Assembly (NCBI GenBank): GCA_045577655.1 | Contig: JAZNIU010000027.1 | Coordinates: 1,528 to 65,527 of the forward strand | Reading direction: 5' to 3' | Length of the DNA stretch: 64,000 nt | Source of the DNA: Clostridia bacterium | Lineage (GTDB): Bacteria; Bacillota; Clostridia; RUG12999 | Shown here: piece after piece, positions 58,696 to 64,000 of the stretch | Position numbering within the stretch: position 1 is the first letter of the stretch | Layout of the letters: every line of letters starts with the position of its first letter | Program-made: the position numbers and the translations under genes | The notes under the pieces: model-generated | The model's database searches: none | The model's input: only the letters and a program-made list of their open reading frames with translations | Told to the model about the DNA's origin: nothing

Positions 58696-59743
58696 GGCAA
58701 ATCACCTCGGATTTGTGCATGATATGTATGTCAAATGGTGCAATTCTGAGATGAACATTAGCACCCTGTTCTTCGCTGATGGTAGACTGCATGGTGAATT
58801 CCATTCCCAGAGCTTCTATTACCATTTCATAGTGAATCCCTTTGAATATAACCGATTTAACAGTTCCGGTAAACATTGCTTTTTCGGGTTTGCAAATTTT
58901 AATGTCTTCCGGACGTATAACAACATCAACAATTTCTTTTTTTGCAAAGCCTGTGTCAACACATTCAAAATGCTTTCCGCCAAACTCAATATCACAGTCA
59001 TCGTGCATAATGCCTTCGATGATATTACTGTCGCCAATGAAATCCGCGACAAAAGAGTTTGCGGGCTCGTTGTAAATATCAACCGGCGAACCATACTGCT
59101 GGATTATACCTTCGTTCATAACAACTATTGAATCGGACATTGTAAGAGCTTCTTCCTGATCGTGTGTTACATAAACAAAAGTAATACCAAGCTGCTGCTG
59201 AATGGATTTAAGCTCCAGCTGCATTTCTTTTCTGAGTTTTAAATCAAGCGCACCGAGAGGCTCGTCCAGGAGGAGAACTTCAGGGTGGTTAACAAGTGCA
59301 CGGGCAATAGCAACACGTTGCTGCTGACCACCTGATAAAGAGGTAACAGAACGTTTTTCATAACCGGGAAGATTAACAAGGTCCAGCATATCGCTTGCTT
59401 TTTTCTGAATCTGGCGTTCGGGAACGTTTTTAATGCGCAGACCAAAAGCAATGTTTTCATACACGTTCATATGCGGAAAAAGAGCATATCGCTGAAAAAC
59501 GGTGTTTACCGGACGTTTGTAGGGAGGGATATTTGTTGTGTCCACACCACCTAAAAAAACCTTGCCGCTTGTAGGCATTTCAAACCCGCCTATAATGCGC
59601 AAAGTTGTTGTTTTTCCGCACCCGCTCGGACCTAAAAGAGTTATGAACTGATGCTTTTCTATATCAAGATTTATATTATTAAGGACAGTTTCTCCGTCAA
59701 ACTCCTTAGTTATGTTTTTAAGCTGAATAAATTTTTCTGCCAA
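58685..59743 (-). CDS. potA: Spermidine/putrescine ABC transporter ATP-binding protein PotA
   Basis: Walker [10 protein letters not shown], signature [13 protein letters not shown], Walker B LLLDEPL, and a C-terminal TOBE domain. Confidence 0.9.
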   Translation of the reverse strand: MAEKFIQLKNITKEFDGETVLNNINLDIEKHQFITLLGPSGCGKTTTLRIIGGFEMPTSGKVFLGGVDTTNIPPYKRPVNTVFQRYALFPHMNVYENIAFGLRIKNVPERQIQKKASDMLDLVNLPGYEKRSVTSLSGGQQQRVAIARALVNHPEVLLLDEPLGALDLKLRKEMQLELKSIQQQLGITFVYVTHDQEEALTMSDSIVVMNEGIIQQYGSPVDIYNEPANSFVADFIGDSNIIEGIMHDDCDIEFGGKHFECVDTGFAKKEIVDVVIRPEDIKICKPEKAMFTGTVKSVIFKGIHYEMVIEALGMEFTMQSTISEEQGANVHLRIAPFDIHIMHKSEVICHEE

Positions 59744-60051
59744 TTATCACACCTCTTACCCATAAAATATATACGATATAATATTACAATTTTTACAGCT
59801 CTATGTCAATAGATTTTGCAAAAAAAAATAACTTTTTTTATTACTGAGAAAAATTTAGCAAAACAACAGTATTTTTTTGAAGAATTTTTCTATACTATAG
59901 CATGAAAAACCTTTAAAACAAACGTTTTCAAAGAGGTTTTTAAAAGTTAACTATTTTAAACCAAAAGTTTAATATACTTTTATTTTTGCTTGGGAAATTG
60001 AAGTATATTAAATTTTTAATTTAAATAAAGACTATGTATGTAAAAAAACAC

Positions 60052-60080
60052 TTGAAAAAAATTACAAAAAGTAGTATAAT
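60052..60080 (+). promoter_or_regulatory. Consensus sigma-A promoter (TTGAAA - 17 nt - TATAAT) for asnS
   Basis: -35 at 60052-60057 and -10 at 60075-60080, with a ~38-nt leader and AGGAAAGG RBS. I looked for T-box elements and found none. Confidence 0.65.
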
Positions 60081-60118
60081 ACTAATATTGACTGACAGTA
60101 GGAAAGGTTGCAAACAGT

Positions 60119-61513
60119 ATGATTAGAACAGAAATTAAACAGATTTACAGAAACACCGCAGAGTTTGGCGGTAAAAATGTTACCGTAGCAGGTTGGATTA
60201 AGACAATTCGTGCGTCTAAAGCTTTTGGTTTTATAGAACTTAATGATGGAAGTTTTTTCAAAAATATTCAGGTTGTTTTTGAAGAAGATAAAATATCAAA
60301 TTATAAGACGATAGAAAAATTAAATGTTGGTTCTGCGATTATTGTTGAGGGACTTCTTGAACTTACTCCCGAAGCAAAACAGCCATTTGAAATAAAGGCA
60401 CAGTCCATTGTGGTTGAAGGGGAATCAACACCCGACTATCCTTTGCAGAAAAAACGTCATTCAGTTGAATTTTTACGAGAAATTGCCCACTTAAGACCGA
60501 GAACAAATTTGTTCTCTGCGGCACTTCGTGTACGTTCTGCAGCAGCTTTTGCAATTCATCAGTTTTTTAATGACAGAGGGTTCGTTTATGTTCATACACC
60601 TATTATAACATCCAGCGACTGCGAAGGCGCAGGCGAGATGTTCCAGGTAACAACAATGGACCTTAACAATATTCCGAAGACAGAAGATGGCAAAGTGGAT
60701 TTTTCTCAGGACTTTTTCGGAAAACCTGTAAACCTCACTGTTAGCGGTCAGCTTAATGTTGAAACACACTGTATGGCTTTTGGCAAGGTTTATACTTTTG
60801 GGCCTACTTTCCGTGCAGAAAATTCCAACACTGCCCGCCACGCTGCAGAGTTCTGGATGATAGAACCTGAAATTGCTTTTGCAGACCTGAAGGACGATAT
60901 GGTACTTGCTGAAGATTTATTGAAATATATCATAAACTACTGTCTTGAAAATGTTCGTGAAGAGCTTGAATTTTTCAATGCTTTTGTGGATAATGGTCTT
61001 ATAGAAAGACTTGAAGGCATTGTTTCAAGTGAATTTGGCCATGTTACTTATACCGAAGCGATTGACCTTCTTGTTCCGCATGCTGATAAGTTTGACTACC
61101 CTGTTTCCTGGGGTATGGACCTGCAGACAGAACATGAGAGATTTTTAACAGAACAGATATTCAAAAAACCTGTTTTTGTTACCGACTATCCGAAAGAAAT
61201 CAAAGCATTCTATATGCGCCAGAACGATGACGGAAAAACAGTTGCCGCAATGGATTGTCTTGTTCCCGGTGTTGGTGAAATTGTCGGCGGAAGCCAGAGG
61301 GAAGAGCGCATGGATGTTCTTCTTGCCAAGATGAAAGAAGCAGGACTTGATGAAAAAGATTACACATTCTATACCGACCTCAGAAAATACGGCGGTACAA
61401 AACATGCCGGTTTCGGTCTGGGATTTGAAAGAATGATTATGTATCTCACAGGTATTTCAAATATCCGTGATGTTCAGTCTTTTGCAAGAACTGTTGGAAA
61501 ATGTGATTTCTAA
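60119..61513 (+). CDS. asnS: Asparagine--tRNA ligase
   Basis: Class IIb aaRS with an N-terminal OB anticodon-binding domain ([11 protein letters not shown]). Motif 2 region ([11 protein letters not shown]) and motif 3 (GFGLGFERM). Confidence 0.9.
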   Translation: MIRTEIKQIYRNTAEFGGKNVTVAGWIKTIRASKAFGFIELNDGSFFKNIQVVFEEDKISNYKTIEKLNVGSAIIVEGLLELTPEAKQPFEIKAQSIVVEGESTPDYPLQKKRHSVEFLREIAHLRPRTNLFSAALRVRSAAAFAIHQFFNDRGFVYVHTPIITSSDCEGAGEMFQVTTMDLNNIPKTEDGKVDFSQDFFGKPVNLTVSGQLNVETHCMAFGKVYTFGPTFRAENSNTARHAAEFWMIEPEIAFADLKDDMVLAEDLLKYIINYCLENVREELEFFNAFVDNGLIERLEGIVSSEFGHVTYTEAIDLLVPHADKFDYPVSWGMDLQTEHERFLTEQIFKKPVFVTDYPKEIKAFYMRQNDDGKTVAAMDCLVPGVGEIVGGSQREERMDVLLAKMKEAGLDEKDYTFYTDLRKYGGTKHAGFGLGFERMIMYLTGISNIRDVQSFARTVGKCDF

Positions 61514-61556
61514 TAAAAAAAGAAAAACACTTTGCGATTGCAAAGTGTTTTTTGTT
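61514..61556. terminator. Bidirectional intrinsic terminator between asnS and the convergent FHA-RDD gene
   Basis: A-run, then AACACTTTGC gatt GCAAAGTGTT, then TTTTTG. Confidence 0.8.
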
Positions 61557-61564
61557 GTATATTG

Positions 61565-62371
61565 TTATTTTTTAACTGTTTTTGTACCTGCAAGCAGGTC
61601 GTGCAAAGTACGTTTGCCCGAGAAAATGGGGAAGAACCCTATAAACAGAATGAGCGTTGACAAAAACTTTGCAAAAAAACGTTTTGTTGCTTTTTGGTAG
61701 GATATCTGTTCCTGTGTCATGGAATCAACTACACAAAGACCAAACATCATTTTTCCCATAGTTGCCATGGTATTTCCTGACTCTGCCAGGGCATAATACA
61801 TCCAGAAGATGAAAATCCAGGAAATGAGAGTCAGCACAATTATAAGTTTCAGCGGAACAAATCTGTTAAAAGCAACAAGAATGATTGCCGCTGCGCCGAT
61901 GCACATGAACATTGCGATAACAAAATCTGCAAGTGCTGCAACAAGCCGTGGAAGAGCAGGAGCCGGAGAATAGGAACCGGGCACTTCGGGTTTGCTGCGA
62001 GGCAAGGGCTGACTTGCTTCTTTTTTCACCTTTTCGGGTTTATGTCTTTCGTCTTCACAGGTATATCTTAAGGTGATAACATTGCTGGATGTTCCAATTG
62101 TAACATTCATGCCCGAGGCAAGTCGTATACGGTTATAAGGAGTGCCGCTGACACGGATTTTGTTCAGACTGCCGGCGTCTATAATATCCACAGTATCGCC
62201 GGAAAACTGAAGTATCGCATGATGACGTGAAACAGACGGAAAAGGCAAAATAATGTCGTTGTCGTCTGCTCGGCCTATTTTAATTTCTCCGTCTTCAAAG
62301 GAAGAAAGCGAGTTTAAAAGAATGGTTTTTTGTTTTTCATTTCCCAAAAAGACTGTCAGATAATGTTTCAT
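61565..62371 (-). CDS. FHA-domain protein fused to an RDD-family membrane domain
   Basis: N-terminal FHA (IKIGRADDNDIILPFPSVSRHHAIL). Pro/Ser-rich linker. C-terminal RDD-type membrane domain ending KRTLHDLLAGTKTV. Confidence 0.7.
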   Translation of the reverse strand: MKHYLTVFLGNEKQKTILLNSLSSFEDGEIKIGRADDNDIILPFPSVSRHHAILQFSGDTVDIIDAGSLNKIRVSGTPYNRIRLASGMNVTIGTSSNVITLRYTCEDERHKPEKVKKEASQPLPRSKPEVPGSYSPAPALPRLVAALADFVIAMFMCIGAAAIILVAFNRFVPLKLIIVLTLISWIFIFWMYYALAESGNTMATMGKMMFGLCVVDSMTQEQISYQKATKRFFAKFLSTLILFIGFFPIFSGKRTLHDLLAGTKTVKK

Positions 62372-62520
62372 GATATGTTCCCCCGTATGTTATCTGGATA
62401 ATTTCATTCTACACTAAATAGGAAATAAAGTCAATAATTTATTTTATTTGGTAAATTACTATTGTTTTTCAGTAAAAAATATAGTATAATAAATAAGATA
62501 CGAATAGGAGTAACAGGTTT

Positions 62521-63252
62521 ATGTCCGAAAAATATTTTCCCGTTCTTGTCGGCAGAGAGGATAAGAGAAAAATATTCATCGAATATGGTGAATATCTCAA
62601 AATTATTAAATTTGCAAAGGCGGGAGCGTCCGATGGCGCAAGAGGAGTTCTTCTGGGCAAGAAAACCTGTGACGGAATATACATTTTAAAAGCACTTGAA
62701 GCACTATATACCGGGGACGAAGGTTTAGAAGCGCCAAGTTTCACAATGGAGTCCTGGAGCAGAATTATGGCAGAAATCAAGGAAAATTACTGTGACCTTG
62801 AAGTTATAGGTCAGTATGCATCGCATTCGCCCCACGCTCCAAACAGAAGCGACTATATTATGCAGGAAAAATTTTTTTCTTCCGAGCAGGATATGTTGTT
62901 CCTTTTTGACCCGGTGAAAAATGTGGACAGATTTTACTTTTACTCTGGCAGAGAATATGTCTTTGTTGATGGGTTTTATCTTTTTGACAAATATGAAAAT
63001 CCGATAGATTTAAAACTCAGAGAAGCGGTCACACGTCCTCTTGAGAGAGAATATGAAATCCGGATGAAAATGTTTGAAAAGATGAAACAACGTATAAAAA
63101 AACAAAACAATTTTTATGCGGTAATTGCAATAATTTTATTGGTATTTCTTATATACAACTTAATCCATCTGTTCGAGCTTGAACAAAGAATTGATGGGTT
63201 TTATGGGGAGAATACAGAATGGAACAGAGAATTTATGAACTCAGAAAACTAA
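62521..63252 (+). CDS. Membrane-anchored MPN/JAB-like domain protein with non-canonical metal-site motif
   Basis: MPN-like layout: E..GVLLGKK, then VIGQYASHSPHAPNRSDY (cf. WYHSHPxxxxxxSxxD), then LFLFDP. HxxH-x4-SD replaces the canonical HxH-x7-S-xx-D. C-terminal TM helix. Tentative. Confidence 0.3.
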   Translation: MSEKYFPVLVGREDKRKIFIEYGEYLKIIKFAKAGASDGARGVLLGKKTCDGIYILKALEALYTGDEGLEAPSFTMESWSRIMAEIKENYCDLEVIGQYASHSPHAPNRSDYIMQEKFFSSEQDMLFLFDPVKNVDRFYFYSGREYVFVDGFYLFDKYENPIDLKLREAVTRPLEREYEIRMKMFEKMKQRIKKQNNFYAVIAIILLVFLIYNLIHLFELEQRIDGFYGENTEWNREFMNSEN

Positions 63253-64000
63253 TTGAATATCATAACGAAAAGTATTATAATCAGGATTCTCCCGAAATAT
63301 CTGATTTTGAATATGACATAATGCTTCGCGAACTTGAAGAACTGGAACAAAAGTTCCCCCAGTTTGCTGACGAAAATTCTCCAACCAAACATGTCGGAGG
63401 AAATAAATCCTCTTTGTTTTCACCTGTCAGACACACGGTTAAAATGCAGAGTTTGTCGGACGTTTTTTCAAAAGAAGAGCTTGCGTCTTTTATAGAAAAA
63501 ACCGAACAACAGGCGGGAGAAAAAATTTATTTTTCGGTAGAACCGAAAATAGACGGGCTTTCCGTGTCACTTGAATACCGTGACGGACTTTTTGTCCGTG
63601 GTTCAACAAGGGGAGACGGCGATGTCGGAGAAGATGTTACCGAAAATCTTAAAACTGTTGCGGGAATTCCGCGAAAGATAGAGGACGCGCCTGAGTTTTT
63701 GGAGGTCAGAGGAGAAGTTTTTATGCCCACCAAAAGCTTTGAAAGGTTAAATGCTTTTCAGGAGGCGGAGGGCAAACCCCTTTTTGCAAACCCCAGAAAT
63801 GCAGCGGCAGGCTCTCTTCGTCAGTTGGATAGCAGTGTAACTGCAGAGAGAGGTCTTGAAATTTTTGTATTTAATATACAACAGGTTATAGGAAAAGAAT
63901 TTTTAAGTCACAGCCAGTCGCTTGACTATCTGGAGGAAAAAGGATTTAAAGTTGTTCCGGACAGGAAAGTGCTCTGTGGTATAGAAGACATTTTCAGTCA
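63219..64000 (+). CDS. ligA: NAD-dependent DNA ligase LigA. N-terminal part only; the 3' end lies beyond the window.
   Basis: MEQRIYELRKLIEYHNEKYYNQDSPEISDFEYDIMLRELEELE, then the adenylation motif KIDGLS (Lys in EPKIDGLSVSL). The ORF is open to the window end. Confidence 0.9.
   Translation, partial: MEQRIYELRKLIEYHNEKYYNQDSPEISDFEYDIMLRELEELEQKFPQFADENSPTKHVGGNKSSLFSPVRHTVKMQSLSDVFSKEELASFIEKTEQQAGEKIYFSVEPKIDGLSVSLEYRDGLFVRGSTRGDGDVGEDVTENLKTVAGIPRKIEDAPEFLEVRGEVFMPTKSFERLNAFQEAEGKPLFANPRNAAAGSLRQLDSSVTAERGLEIFVFNIQQVIGKEFLSHSQSLDYLEEKGFKVVPDRKVLCGIEDIFS

Noticed and set aside
59744-60118. 375-nt AT-rich leader region upstream of asnS, examined for a T-box riboswitch
   Set aside because: No T-box consensus (AATTAGGGTGGNACCGCG-like) and no specifier/antiterminator architecture are present. 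Only a consensus promoter with a short leader, plus the divergent potA promoter region, can be seen.

Overview
This is a low-GC Firmicutes (Clostridia-type, spore-forming) chromosomal segment. It is almost fully coding and largely syntenic core genome. I found no rRNA or tRNA genes, no CRISPR arrays, and no transposase or integrase genes. Layout, left to right. (1) 1-9942, plus strand: the 3' part of a tightly packed polysaccharide locus with no intergenic terminators. It holds a priming sugar transferase (5'-truncated at the window edge), a GT2 glycosyltransferase, a LicD-family protein, the cytidylyltransferase TagD, a GT-A glycosyltransferase, a pyruvyl transferase, a GT4 glycosyltransferase, and an F420H2-dehydrogenase-beta-like FeS protein. 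It runs without a gap into a small ECF-S-like membrane protein, a LarA-family (nickel-pincer) 2-hydroxyacid racemase homologue and a glycerate kinase. (2) 9958-16624: a TAXI-type TRAP transporter with its own consensus promoter and an inter-cistronic hairpin, an AllA-like cupin, the CCA-adding enzyme, and an ABC exporter, ending at a bidirectional terminator. (3) A minus-strand membrane protein and RNase J. (4) U32 peptidase, NusG-domain-II protein, Gx transporter and maf, then mreBCD, PBP2 and minCDE (no rodA here), followed by mgsA, rho, a D-Ala-D-Ala carboxypeptidase, a GH3 hexosaminidase, xpt, a lipoprotein and purC. (5) 35.5-43.8 kb: an accessory-like block. It holds an AAC(3)-family acetyltransferase, a C_GCAxxG_C_C protein, an ArsB/NhaD permease, an SDR oxidoreductase, an orphan hypothetical, a nitroreductase, a YgjV-like membrane protein translationally coupled to an ASRT-like (sensory-rhodopsin-transducer family) protein, a CDF transporter with a poly-His tail, an alpha/beta hydrolase and a DMT transporter. 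(6) ylxM, ffh, rpsP, a KH protein and rimM; no trmD or rplS follows, and a convergent secreted WG-repeat protein sits there instead. (7) A lone GerA-family receptor subunit, an MBL hydrolase, HemZ-like radical SAM and ymxH; then groES-groEL with CIRCE, spoIIAA-spoIIAB-sigF, potABCD on the minus strand, asnS, an FHA-RDD protein, an MPN/JAB-like membrane protein and the start of ligA. The most interesting candidates are the LarA/glycerate-kinase/ECF-S trio fused onto the polysaccharide operon, the YgjV-ASRT pair, and the pyruvyl-transferase/F420-like FeS pairing. All functional calls come from motif recognition by eye; no database search was run.
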